Of a stretch of 64,000 bases of DNA, positions 14,401-28,271 are shown piece after piece (the stretch's first letter is position 1; every line of letters starts with the position of its first letter). The notes under the pieces are model-generated. The model did no database searches. It saw only the letters and a program-made list of their open reading frames with translations, and was not told where the DNA came from. The DNA lies in the NCBI GenBank assembly GCA_951406725.2, contig OX597837.1, positions 18,600,001 to 18,664,000 of the forward strand, in the 5' to 3' direction. This stretch comes from Octopus vulgaris (taxonomy: Eukaryota). Made by a program: the position numbers and the translations under genes.

Positions 14401-14903
14401 ATTACCAGTCAATGTACCCATTAACCCAGAAAGAATATAAGAGACGCCACGACAATATAGCTAGACTTGTCCATTGGACACTTTGCAACAAGTATGGACT
14501 TGACCATGAGATAGAGAATAGGAAGCCAGAATAGTCTTAATTGAGAAAGAAATCAAACAATGCTGGATCATAGATATAGCATGCCTAGCTGAAAACAAGG
14601 TATGCGATAAGGAAGAAAGAAAAGTCGATAGATATAACAGGTTAGCTTGGGAGGTTAAGTAGTTGTGGTCGATGAAAAAGGTGGTAGTAGCACCAATAAT
14701 TGCCGGTGCCCTGGGAACAGTGAGTAAAAATCTTGAGAAGTACATGGAACAAATAGGGACTGCAATAAGGGTGGAGCACTTGCAGAAAACAGCACAGCTT
14801 GGAACTGCTCGAATACTCCGGAAGGTGCTCGAAAAATAAGGAGTATTACCTTAGTTCACTGGTAACCGTAGTACATCTCCAGCGTCAGAAGCTGTGCAAA
14901 TGC
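11434..14903 (+). mobile_element. Near full-length degraded Dong/R4-clade non-LTR retrotransposon (RT plus restriction-like endonuclease)
   Basis: N-terminal RRRWSK..VMECY..GYRQRM..QRLCDQAR. RT motifs [41 protein letters not shown]...C finger near 14360-14415, RRHD, CWIIDIACL and a terminal TARILRKVLEK*. Many frameshifts and stops; (AAG)n follows. Confidence 0.92.
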
Positions 14904-16153
14904 AAGAAGAAGAAGAAGAAGAAGAAGAAGAAGAAGAGCAGCACTCAGAGAGCGCAAACCTCCGCCAAGGCAACGCCACCGTTCTCGCAATGATTAGCCA
15001 GAGATAATTTTTAAAATGAGAATATCTGAAATTGCTCTCACAAACGAGAATACTAAAAATGAATCCGACCAAAAAAAAGATAAAAAAACCCCGAAATCTA
15101 ATTCCGAATACTGCCCAGTCACTGACTGCATATTGTGGCATGCAAAGCGACACCTCTGTTCAGAGTCATTTGAATAAATCTCTATCGCGTCTACACTTCA
15201 ATGATCCTCTCTCCTGATATGCAACATTTTTCCTCGGCCATGCATTTCTTTCTCTTTCTCGATCGTTCGTTTCCTTTTCTCGGAACTTCTCTGGAGGGGG
15301 AGTTATATAGTGGTTCATGCAGGCATAGCGTGGATTCGATCTTCGATAGCCAAATTTCACTTAGCAGTTCAACAGCACTTTTTCCACGGTAAAACAATAG
15401 TTTTTCTGTGATTGACAGCAGTTACGTTTGCTAGATACCTTCACTAAGCAGAATAATGTCTTTGCCACTTGACGCGTCTAACCACTTCTAGGCCACCAAA
15501 AGCTAGAATAGAGATAACAGGCCGCCAACGAAATATATTGTTCTCAACAATATGTCTATCCTTCTGGCTGCTTTTGGACAGTTATAAAAACAAGAACTAC
15601 GTAAACCAATGTCAGTCAGTGAGAGCGACGGACAGAGAAGTGGCTGACCGGCTCAAGCGAAATGCTGTCTCGACTGAGGTAACTTCACAGAGTGACAACT
15701 ATGGAATTAACCAATGTAGAACCTGTCTCGTCCCATACTCTCTCGCTTTTATTAGCTCAATTTCTTTTCTCTGCAATATTACCTTACTTCTCTACATACT
15801 ACTATGAGATCGTGTACTCACAAATACAGGCCGAAATTAACTTTCTTTACTTTTGCATGCTTTACGAATTGTCATACTATTATACTAGCCTACCCGTCGT
15901 GGTATGGTATATATTAAAGTAACGGTAAATAAATATTTCTTTACAACCTTGATCACTGAAATTCTTCTATCTTGCATACTGGCAACCAACACCTTAACAA
16001 CAACCGTTACAGTTGGTGACCCTCATCTGCAACAAAGAACTACCCGTTACATGCATATACGAATAAAATGATGGCAAGCAGAAAAATACACATATAGAAT
16101 TTTCTTTTGGAACGATGGATTTTGAAGTACATGAAGATATAAAAAGTAGTATG

Positions 16154-16616
16154 GGATCTTTTCGGTTTGAACGGCAGTTTTTTCTAGCGGTGTCATATGA
16201 AATTGTCACCCATAATTATGACCCTAGAATCAATCTATTGCATTTCAATTTCTTTTAGGGTTAGGGGTGGGGGAAGGGTATCTTTTTTTCTTCACAAATG
16301 TAAATAAACCCAATCTGTTTCTTAATCGAGGGACATATTCACACGGCACAGAATGCTTTTTAACTCAATGGACGTCATCGATTGGTTGAAATTGCAGAAA
16401 TTGAAGAAAAAAAACAACAAATGTCTTACAAACTATAGAATTTTCTCAATAAAGCCAAGAGAAAAAGATGTTTTATAAACACATTCTACCAGTATACGAA
16501 GTTTAAAATTTTTTACTTTACTTACTTTTTTTTTACTTGTTTCAGTCATTTGACTGTAGCCATGCTGGAGCACCTAGAAATTATGTTAAAAACTGCCGTT
16601 CAAACCGAAAAGATCC
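16154..16616. mobile_element. MITE with GG-starting ~29-bp TIRs and 8-bp TSD (Merlin-like)
   Basis: TIR GGATCTTTTCGGTTTGAACGGCAGTTTTT / AAAAACTGCCGTTCAAACCGAAAAGATCC. TSD gtagtatg on both sides. A SINE tail fragment is inserted at about 16525-16573. Confidence 0.85.
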
Positions 16617-17199
16617 GTAGTATGTAAATATTGGGTTGAAAACCTCCTTTTGGATGGAGACAGTCGTTTGTTGAACTCGAATTTACATCCGTAAGCATCG
16701 CAGGCGTTCTATCATTGGACCAAAGCAATCCTTCCAATTACTTTATTCATTTTAGAACCTTAATTCTTATCAGCGAGAATGATAGAATACCTGTAACGCC
16801 TGAATGAAATGTAGGTTCGAGTCCTATGGACAGCCTCCGACCTTTTCTATCGAAAGGGATTTTTTCTGTTCAATGCTTACATATTATTTATAGTTTTATA
16901 TGCTTCGAGATTCACTTTTCCAAAAAAGAGTTATTTCACGTTCTCTCGAAATTCTATAAATTCTTATGACCAACAATATGTGTATATGTGACGAGAACTT
17001 CCATACAGTTTCTGTCTATAAAATTTTACACAAAAGTCCTGTCCAGGCTGCGGTTACAATGGAAAAGTGTTGCTACGAAGGAGCTACACACTAGGATCGA
17101 ATCCACAACGTCACTTATAATAATTTTACAACGCTTTTTTTATGTTTAGACACGGAATATGCCTGTTCCCTTGGCATATCCTTTGCCAGGTTTCTACAA

Positions 17200-17520
17200 A
17201 TAGTGAAATTATTTATCATGGATAAATAGTAGAAAAGGCATAAACTGGTAGAACATTCCAGAAGGGTGGCAATCTGACAAGGAAGGATTGGTTGAAGTGT
17301 TTAGTGCATGTCCGAATACGGCGTGAATAAGACATAGTATGAGTAACAAGAAGGGGGAAGACAGGACTACCAGGTGGACCTCGGTGGAGGCGATAGTGTA
17401 ATTAACAAAATGAGAAGAACAAAGAGTCCGTAATATGACAATGCGAGAAGATATGTGACGGCTAAAAAAGGAAGCGTTGTGGATATGTAACACCCTACTT
17501 ATCAGGAAGGTGGCTACAAG
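17200..17520 (-). mobile_element. CR1/L2-like LINE 3' fragment
   Basis: Minus-strand translation RIRTCTKHFNQSFLVRLPPFWNVLP resembles the S-F-F..R....WN.LP ending of CR1/L2 ORF2. Confidence 0.5.
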
Positions 17521-17607
17521 CAGTCAAGCCAACTATCTTTATATTGTTATATTTGGGGACGGTCATATTTTGCCAGTTAACACACGTACTATATATCTGG
17601 TCTTCAC

Positions 17608-17660
<53 letters not shown>

Positions 17661-17819
17661 TTAATCAAAGAGACAAAATATATAGTGTGTGTGTTTAATT
17701 GGCAAAATATAGCCATCCCAAAATATAACAATATCTGTTTCAGCACCGATTTCACACCAAGAATCTTGCAAAGCAAATTAATAAACGTAACAACTATCTT
17801 TAGATTTAGTTTTAAGATA

Positions 17820-18288
17820 CAGTAATCCCTCGACTATTGCGAGTATTACGTTCCAAAACCTCCCGCGACAAGTGAAAATCCCCGAAGTAGAAACAGCACT
17901 GTACTGTATAAATTTTTAAATGATTTTTAGTATTTGTATATATCTATTTTATTATAAATGCAAAACAATACTCGCCTCCCGAGTTTCGTTTTCCATACAG
18001 TATGTGCCATTCTTTGTCTACTCATCTACGGTACACTACGCATTTTCTTTTAATAAATTTTAATTAATGTGTTATACAGTGCAGAACTGTACTCTATTTT
18101 TATTTTTTAATTTATTAATTTTTAGACGTGAAAATGCTTATTTTCCCACTGAAATAATTAAAATCTAAAAAATATAAATACCTATTGGCCGAAGAAACCC
18201 GCGATAAAAATTTACATATATTAGCCAGAAAAATCCGCGATGTACTGATTGCGCGATAGGTGAGTCGCGATATGGCAAGGGATTACTG
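17820..18288. mobile_element. pogo/Tigger-like MITE (Tc1/mariner superfamily)
   Basis: TA|CAGTAATCCCTCGACTATTGCG ... CGCGATATGGCAAGGGATTACTG|TA: TIRs with a TA TSD. Confidence 0.8.
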
Positions 18289-18299
18289 TATATTTCGCT

Positions 18300-18740
18300 G
18301 ATGTTCTGAGATGAATCAGTCGTGATGTTTCAGGGATTTCAGAGAGTTTGAACATGAGACCACCTCGCCCAGCTGACCTAAGCGGGGTTAATCAAGTCCT
18401 AGCTTGCTACTCATCAGCCGCAAACCACTTCTCTACCCTCTTTGTCTAAAGCCATATTGTGGTTTTCTGTGATGGAATTTATAGGTCTCCATTTTGTTGT
18501 GCAAGTGACTCTAAGTCCAGTCAGAGCTTTGCAGAATGAATCTCCAACAAAACCTCGGCAGATCACTTCAGTTACCTCTCAACATGCCTGCCAGCCCTGA
18601 TTTCAGCAATTCTTTACCAGCTCCTGGTATTTGGTAAGCTTCCTCTCATGAGCCTCCCCTTCCTATGTTGTCTATCGCTCTTTTTTGAAACTTCATCAGG
18701 GATTGTGTCTATCTTTCTTTGTGATTTGAAGAAGAATTTG
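18300..18740 (-). mobile_element. 3' fragment of a restriction-like endonuclease non-LTR element (Hero-like)
   Basis: Minus-strand pieces EAHERKLTKYQELV, QGWQAC and EVICRGFVGDSF match the K..KY and EVGCRGF motifs of this group. Confidence 0.6.
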
Positions 18741-18954
18741 GTAGTTATTTGTAGCTGGTCAAACTAATCACAGAGAGTTCCTTGTTACGTCGCTTGTATG
18801 TATGTATGTATGTATGTATGTATGTATGTATGTATGTATGTTTGCGTGAGTGTATGTATGCATGCATGTATGTATGTGCATTGCAACTGTGTATACATGA
18901 CAGTGCATGTTTATTTGTGTATTTGAGGGAGTTTGGAATTATATTGCATTCAGA

Positions 18955-19018
<64 letters not shown>

Positions 19019-19429
19019 AAGGAGAGAAAGAGAGAGAGTGAAAGAGAAAGAGAGAGAAAGAGTGAGAGAGAAAGAGAGAGAGTGTTGGAGAGAGAAAGAG
19101 AGTGTGTGAGAGAGAAAGACAGAGACAGAGAAAGACAGGGTCAGAGTGTGAGATAGACAGAGAGACAGAGAAAGTTAGAAGGAGGAAGAGAGAGTGTTAC
19201 TGAATATATAAGAACATATGCATTCTTATGGATGTATATATGCGGTATACTACAGTCATGTAAACATATATGCGAATGTATATACATATGTAAATATATA
19301 TCTGTGTACATGTATTTATTCAATGAGGAAGGTAGGATGTTATATTATTTTTATCATGCTGCGTGTATGTTACTTTAGTACATGTTTGTGTGAATATGTG
19401 AAATGTGTCCCTGTGTATTCGAAGGTAAC

Positions 19430-19465
<36 letters not shown>

Positions 19466-19469
<4 letters not shown>

Positions 19470-20691
19470 CAGAAATACCCGGCGTTGCCCGGGTTAAAGA
19501 AAATAAGGAAATTTAAAAATGCCTTTTAGATCTCTTACATGAAATATAGATTACTCAGGTCTTACTTCCTAGTAGCTGAGATACCAACTTTATACGTTAA
19601 TAACCCAACCTTTCCAAGGTTATTGAAAATAATGAAATTTAAGTATGCCTTTTAAATCTATAAGTAAAATGAAACATGGATTATGCAGTTCTCAATAGTA
19701 ATTAGCTGAAGTACAAACTATAAATGTCAATAATATGTTTTATCCAATGTTCTCACTGTTAAAATTGTTAAAAAACCAGGTAGTTCTTTGTCACTGAAAT
19801 CACCTTCAATTGTCATACTTATTTTTTTTTGTTAGACGCCATCAAAAAGCAATGGCTGATATTTGTTATGGTTAAAAGCTATGGTTGAAAATGGTTGAAA
19901 ATAGATTTTTACCCTATCCGCGGGTGCCTCGGGAAAAAAATAAGTTGACAAATGTCCTCCTAAAATTTGAGCGACATGCGTGCTAATTTGTGGATGTGCT
20001 TAAATTACAATCACGTACACACACACACACACATACGCACACACATTCTCCCTTTTATAGATATGATGTATATATTTATATATATATGTATATTACTGTC
20101 TGTTATTGCTCTCTTTTTGCAGCCCTTTACCTCCGTTCTCCCAAATTTCCTTCCCCCCTCCCCACTAAACACTTTTGCAAACGCCCTAGTTTCTCTGACC
20201 TCACACACTTCTACTCACATCATACCTTGAGGCGCTGCATGGACACTGCATCACCATTATTTATCTGCTCACAGCTATTACTAATTCATTTCTAACTTTC
20301 TGCTGAATATGAGTAACCATTTAGCACCTTTAACCCTGATCTGCCGGCATAAAGCCCCTCCTCTCGGTTTTCGAAGACTTGCAAGTTGCACGGTGGGACG
20401 ACAAAAGCACTCAGTACACATAAAGTAAAGTAGTTGGCGTAAAGGGCATCCAGCCTTAGAGACCATGTCATTACCCGCTCTCCTATGCTTCTTGCCGTTT
20501 CCCTTACAAAGTGTGACGAAAGAACTCTGGCCGAAATAAGATTAAGATTAATGTAAAAAATAAATACCACTGAAGCAAAATAACACCAAATATATAGTGC
20601 GTGTGTTTTTATTGGCTAAACTGGCAAAATGACCATTCCGAAATAAAACAATATCTGTTTCAACACACGACTTCACATAAAAAAATCTTGC

Positions 20692-20765
<74 letters not shown>

Positions 20766-20900
20766 TATATATATTGTGTATATATGTATACACACACATG
20801 TACACGCAGAAACATATAGATATATTCATACATGTACACACACACACACAAACACACACATAGCTACATACATACATACATACATACATGCATGCACGCA

Positions 20901-20958
<58 letters not shown>

Positions 20959-21932
20959 TACATACATACATACATACATACATACATACATACATACATA
21001 CATACATACATACATACATACATACATACATACATACATACATACATACATACATACATTGAGAGGGAAAGAGTGTGGAGGAGCGGATGAGAAATGTTGT
21101 ATAAGTTTCATACCACTTCAGAAACGTTAGAGCTGAATAGAAAGCTAGAGGAAGGAGGAGGGGTAGAAGAAGAAAGAGGAGATGATGGCAGTTTAAGACG
21201 CTATTGTTTATAGTGTCGTCTGGTTCAGTGAAATTTCTTTTCGAATTCTTTTTTGGTTATGTCGAAACGGAAGGGAGGAAAAGGTGTCGTAGGTGTTAGA
21301 ATAACCATTAATTGGATATCATTGTAGAAAATAGGATATTTGATTCCCTCAGAGGGTGGTTATATTATAGTGTAGGGTGATGTGGAGGGAAATAGTTGTG
21401 TTGGGTGGGGTGTAACTTTGAAAGGGGGTGAATGGTAAGGGTTAGGGACTTGAGCTATGTTATCCAACTATCCTATTTCAAATGAATGATGATAACCAAT
21501 TGGTATTTGGGATATAAAATAATAAATAATAAATAGATAAATAATTCATTCAACGGAAGAGTTTATTACGGGTGTCCGAATTTTCGTCTAATGAGAGAGA
21601 GAGAGAGAAAGAGAGAGAAAAAGAGAAAATGAGGGAGAAAAAGAGAGAAAGAGATGTGAGTATTTCCGTGTGTTTATGTATCTGTGTGTTGAGCTGAGTG
21701 TGAGTGTGTACGTGAGTGAGAGAGAGAATGAGAGGGAGAGAGAGGGATAAAAAGAAACAGAGTGACTATGTACGTACGTGTGCTCGTGTACGAGTGTGTT
21801 GTGCTGAGCGTGTGCGTGTGTGTATGTGTGTCGGTGTGTACGTGTGTGTGATTGAGTGAGTGAGAGAGAGAGAGAGAAAAAGAGAGAGAGAGGGAAGAGA
21901 CAGTAAGAAAGACGTAGCTCTAGATATATAGA
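19466..21932 (-). mobile_element. Probable non-autonomous Helitron
   Basis: Minus strand 3' end: hairpin ACCCGG-gcaacg-CCGGGT, then CTAA|T. Candidate 5' end A|TCTATATATCTAGAG at 21932. The 5' boundary is less certain. Confidence 0.6.
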
Positions 21933-21958
21933 TAGAAATATACATGCATTTATTAGTG

Positions 21959-22461
21959 TTTTCGGTTTGAACGGCAGTTTTTACTAGCTGTCATGAAATT
22001 GTCACCCATAATTATGACCCTAGTATCGATCTGTTTTAGGGTTAGGGTTAGTTAGGGCTAGTTAGGGTTACGGGTGGGGGAAGGGTATCTTTTTTTCTTC
22101 ACAAATGTAAATAAACCCAATCTGTTTCTTAAACGAGGGACATATTCATACGGCACAGAATGTTTTTTTACCTCAATAGACGTCAGTGATTGGTTGAAAT
22201 TGCAGAAATTAAAGAAAAAAAACAAAAAAATCTTACAAATTATAGAATTTTCTCAATAAAGCCAAGAGAAAAAGATGTTTTATAAACACATTCTACCAGT
22301 ATACGAAGTTTAAAATTTTTTTAGTTACCTAACCCTAACCCTAACTAACCCTAACTCTAAAAGAGATTGAAATGCAATAGATCGATTCTAGGGTCATAAT
22401 TATGGGTGACAATTTCATATGACACCGCTAGAAAAAACGGCCGTTCAAACCGAAAAGATCC
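21959..22461. mobile_element. Rearranged copy of the GG-TIR MITE family
   Basis: Same body as 16154-16616, but the right end is an inverted copy of the left ~130 bp (22325-22461), including TTAGGG/CCCTAA units. Confidence 0.75.
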
Positions 22462-23305
22462 CCAAACTTTAGAAAGAAGGTACGATGGGTTGGTTATTTA
22501 TACCCTGAACAAACGTTTAAAAACTAGGCGTTTTTATCGCCTCAAATCAAAACATTTCTTAAAATGTTTTGAAATACCTGACAGTCATGCAACTCAACAA
22601 CCTACCTTTCAAATAAATAAAGATAAACAAAAATTAAAAAATAAAAATTTCTTCAGTCAAGGTGAACAAAAATTTGGCTACTTTTGTCATAAATAAAAGA
22701 CAAGCAAGCTAACGATAGCTTTGTAGAATAAGATTCCGGCTTCAAAAAGTTTTATATCGTCTTAACATGCCTATTGAGTGGATTTTGTTATTTATCTCGT
22801 AAATACAAAATTGTCTCATCTATTTCATTGATTGCTGGCAAAATCGGTAAAACAGGAAACTAATAGTCGCAGAGTGTGTAATTTCAAACTTAAATAAAAT
22901 GCATAACCTACTCTACATCTTTTGTGTGTGTGTGTGTTTGTGTGTATTTGTACTTTTACACTCACACACATGCATACATACTCGTACTCTAAAAGGAAAA
23001 GAAAAATGAAAGATTGCCTATTTCATCGACTTGCGTGTTTGGGGCAACTAAGAAATAAATAATATACAAAAAGAAAAAAAGAACAAAGAAACAAATATAT
23101 GAATGTGTAACCTGTCTCAGACAAAAGCAGAAAATATATGGATAGAAGGGTTGAAGGTTCGGTTTCTGCCCGAAGCCTGAGCTGGCTCATAACATTTAAG
23201 TTTGGGTGAGATAAAAGAACCTATTTAACATAAAATATGGCTTCAATAAGTTTCGTGTCTGTACTATATTACTCTATCGGGAATTCTTCATGCATGTACG
23301 TGTGA

Positions 23306-23342
<37 letters not shown>

Positions 23343-23447
23343 AAACACTTAAATACTGTGTGAGGCCCTCAGCTAACTTGGAAGCCCTCGTCTCTAAGCT
23401 ACTGGAGTGCAGACATAACAATATGATTCTTTTTTAACTATGCGGTA

Positions 23448-23765
23448 GAGGCGCGTAGCTTCAGGGGTATCCAGCTCATGATCGTAAGGTCGTGAGTTCG
23501 ATTCCGGGTAGCGCATTGTGTCCTTGAGGAAGCGCTTTATTTCAAGTTGCTCCAGTCCATTAAGCTGGCAAAAATGAGTCGCAGTTGCAATTCAAAGAGC
23601 CAGCCTTGGCATATTCTGTGAATATCTCACAGTGAATATCTCCGAGAACTACATTAATGGTAGGTGTGTCTGTGAAATGCTCAGCCACTTGCACGTTAAT
23701 TTCACACGCAGGTTGTTCCGTTGATCGGACCAACTGGGACACTCGTCGTCAGAACGGACGGAGTG
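23448..23765 (+). mobile_element. tRNA-derived SINE, family C
   Basis: Head gaggcgcgtagct..., B-box-like gagttcgattcc, and a body unlike families A and B. Confidence 0.6.
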
Positions 23766-24044
23766 TCAGTTATGTAGTTCCAGTATAATCCTCCTGGCCG
23801 AGTATCTCGTGCCCTAGACTCAAGTACCAAAGCATTGAGAGTGGAATTTGGCGGAATCCATGTGGATAGTTATTCTGCTTCCCTAATAGCATGGGAGGAC
23901 TAAATATGTATATCACTACGACTCCACATATTTATTTATTTATTCATATTTCAACCTGTAATGTACTCTCGTACACTTGATAATCCTTCATTTATACGAA
24001 AAGTTAGGGAACAGATGTCTTTTGGATTTCGGAATAATTGAATC

Positions 24045-24290
24045 TTTTATCTTTCACTTGTTTCAATCATTGGACTGAGGCCATGCTAGGGCACTGCATT
24101 TGAGGGTTTAGTCGAACTAATCGACTTGCAGTACTTTGTAAAAGCAACTGGTATTTATTTTATCCCCGCTAATTTATGGAACCATGAAGAAACAAACCGA
24201 TTGTCAAGCGGTTGTGGGGCACACACACACACACATACATATATACATATTACACGACAACCCAAGGTACCACGCTGTGGGATCGAACCC
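24045..24290 (-). mobile_element. SINE family A, degraded
   Basis: cttgtttcaatcattggactgaggccatgct... is the reverse complement of the family A tail. Confidence 0.6.
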
Positions 24291-24524
24291 GGGACATATT
24301 CATACGGCACAGAATGTTTTTTTACCTCAATAGACGTCAGTGATTGGTTGAAATTGAAGAAATTAAAGAAAAAAACAACAAATGTTTTACAAACTATAGA
24401 ATTTTCTCAATAAAGCCAAGAGAAAAAGATGTTTTATAAACACATTCTACCAGTATACGAAGTTTAAAATTTTTTAGCTACCTAGAAATTATGTTAAAAA
24501 CTGCCGCTCAAACCGAAAAGATCC
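24291..24524. mobile_element. Right half of GG-TIR MITE
   Basis: gggacatattcatacggcacagaatg...aaaactgccgctcaaaccgaaaagatcc. Confidence 0.8.
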
Positions 24525-24933
24525 CATTAATCCTTTCATTACTATATTTCTTTCAAACTACAATACTTTTGCTTTAATTAATTTCGAAAATAATGAAGAA
24601 TTAAATCATATAACCTTGTCAATATTAAGCTGGTCTTTGGAACATAATTTGACATGAAATTTTGATAGGAGGTTATAAATTAGATCACTTTAAAACAGCA
24701 GGTTTGAACCATAAGAACCAGGGCAGTTTCTGGCAGTTTGGTATTAAAGAGGTTAAATAGATCAACTTCACTCTTTCATCTAACCAGGGTGAATAAAATA
24801 AAGCCCCAGTCATGTACTGGAGTGATTTAGCAATTTTCTTCAAAACGAGATAATTATAATAGATGAAGAGTATTTTAACAGTCAACTTACTCTAATTTCT
24901 AGATGTTTTTTCAACTATTAAACGCACAGACAC

Positions 24934-24995
<62 letters not shown>

Positions 24996-25405
24996 AAAAT
25001 TTATAAAAGATATAAATTTAATACTATTCACTTCCGGACTCTCTCACTCTATGAGAATTTTCAGTCCGATCACACATGTCTCGTTTGTATGCTGATGAAT
25101 TTCTATTTTGGATATATTTGGGGTACTTAAGTGTACACATGACTTAGTGTTTACTTCTTCCATGGGTGCAAGTAAGTATCTCATTTATTTCCTTATCGTA
25201 TTTATCGCTGATGACGAGAAAATTCTAAATGAATCAACTCAGAAATTGGAACTGATCTGGTAATAACGAAATTTTTTTACAAATTTCTATCGGCTTGCTT
25301 TCGAGACACGTCCTTATAGTGATAAATTATATGGTTATTGACGAATAAGTCTATATTTCGGCATATTTGGCATTAGAATTTTTTCTTTTGCCCTTGTTTA
25401 TAAGT

Positions 25406-25472
<67 letters not shown>

Positions 25473-25568
25473 TCAATATAGGGTGGCAAAAAAATTTTGT
25501 AGAATTCTTTTGCCACCAGCGGCCTAGTAGGAAAAAATTAAATAGTCATAAACCATTTTTACGTTCAA

Positions 25569-25793
25569 CATCACAATCAAGGAACGGCCATAATAGGCCA
25601 TTCACCCACTAGAAATAACAGCCAAAAGCTTAAACCGCAAAATAACATTAATACCGTAAACCAGGAGAAAATTGAAAAAAAAGTTTTTCAATTTTCTCCT
25701 GGTTTACGGTATTAATGTTATTTTGCGGTTTAAGCTTTTGGCTGTTATTTCTAGTGGGTGAATGGCCTATTATGGCCGTTCCTTGATTGTGAT

Positions 25794-25794
<1 letters not shown>
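25569..25794. repeat. Perfect palindrome, ~111-bp arms, 4-nt loop
   Basis: catcacaatcaaggaacgg...attgaaaaa|aaag|tttttcaat...ccgttccttgattgtgatg. I saw no mismatches by eye. Confidence 0.95.
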
Positions 25795-26756
<962 letters not shown>

Positions 26757-26840
26757 GGTCCCGGGTTGATTCGGGGTTAACCACAGTAAATAAGGTACTC
26801 AATACATAGCAGAGTAAAAATTAATTTATTATATAGAAGG

Positions 26841-26891
26841 AGCTTCTACAGGACTAGAACTGTTTCATTCAAGAGAAATCATCAGGAAGCT
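26841..26891 (-). ncRNA. Type I hammerhead ribozyme (mirror copy)
   Basis: Reverse complement of 28617-28667. Confidence 0.8.
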
Positions 26892-27236
26892 AGTTAACAA
26901 GAATTGTATTGGCATTTATACATTTAGGCAGGTTTAAAGGGGTGTTGGTGGGGGACTTTTTGGGGGTAGGCATAGCGCAAAAATATCATACTTGGGGGAG
27001 TGGTCAAGGAGTCAGTGGTAAAATAGATAAAAGAATAAATAAAAGAATAAATAAAATAAAAGAATAAAAAATATATAGAAAAATATATAGAAGGATAGAG
27101 TTTTAGGTAAATAAGGAGATTCTCACTTATACATATACACATATGTATATATATACACACACACGCACACATATACATACACACATACATACACACATAC
27201 ACCTATATATATACATATATGCATATATACACATAT

Positions 27237-27267
<31 letters not shown>

Positions 27268-27465
27268 CATATATATGCATATATACATACACACATATAT
27301 ATAGATATATGTATACTTTTACGCATGTGTGTACTTATGTGTATATATGGATGCGCGTGTGTGTGAGTGTATATGGGTATGCATGTATATGTGTATGTGT
27401 GTGTATGTATATGTGTATGTATGTGTGTGTGTATATATGTATGTATGTACATGTATGTATGTGTG

Positions 27466-27512
<47 letters not shown>

Positions 27513-28030
27513 GTGTATGAGTATATATATATGTATGTGTATGTATGTGTATGTATGCGCGTATATGTATGTATATGTATATGTGTGGGTGTGTGTATGT
27601 GTATATATGTATGTATTTGTAAGTAGGTGTATATGTATGTGTGTATATATATTTATTGGTGCATATGTATGGACTAGTCTTCTAAGCGTGTAGACATGAA
27701 TCTGTAGGTACGCGTACGTATGTGTATATATGTGAATGTATGTAGATGTATGTATGTATGAATATAACGCGTGCGTGCGTGTATGTGTATGAGGGTACGA
27801 ATGAGTGAGTGTGCGTGCTAATGAGTGTGCGGACGTGAGTGAGTGCTTGTGTTGGAGTAGGAAGATAAATGGACTTGCTGTCGTCGCCAAGATGCTTGTG
27901 ACCCGCGGTCAAAGATAACAAAAGTAATAAATGAAGATAATAATAAAATTAAAATTAGGGAATGGGTTTGTATTTGTATGTATATGTGTGTATGTGTAGG
28001 TATGTATAGGTACACATATGTGTATATATA

Positions 28031-28071
<41 letters not shown>

Positions 28072-28226
28072 GTATATATGGACTTGTGTGTGCATGTGTG
28101 TATGTAGATACGTGTCTGTATGTGTGTATGTGTATGTGTGTGTATGTATATATTTTTTTGTGTGTATACGTATGTGTGGGCGTGTGTGTGTATATATACA
28201 TGTGTGTGTGTATGTATATATGCATA

Positions 28227-28271
<45 letters not shown>

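Noticed and set aside
14935-15200. Helentron/DINE-like element start (gcactcagagagcgcaaacctccgccaaggc)
   Set aside because: The resemblance is from memory only, and I found no second end or other copy in the window.
22035-22075. Interstitial telomere or chromosome fusion site
   Set aside because: The TTAGGG units are an internal part of a multi-copy MITE.
23448-23520. tRNA gene
   Set aside because: A/B-box-like motifs belong to a SINE head and I could not build a complete cloverleaf.
25569-25794. Hammerhead inside the perfect palindrome
   Set aside because: The GGCC-tattat-GGCC hairpin is not flanked by CUGANGA and GAAA on either strand.
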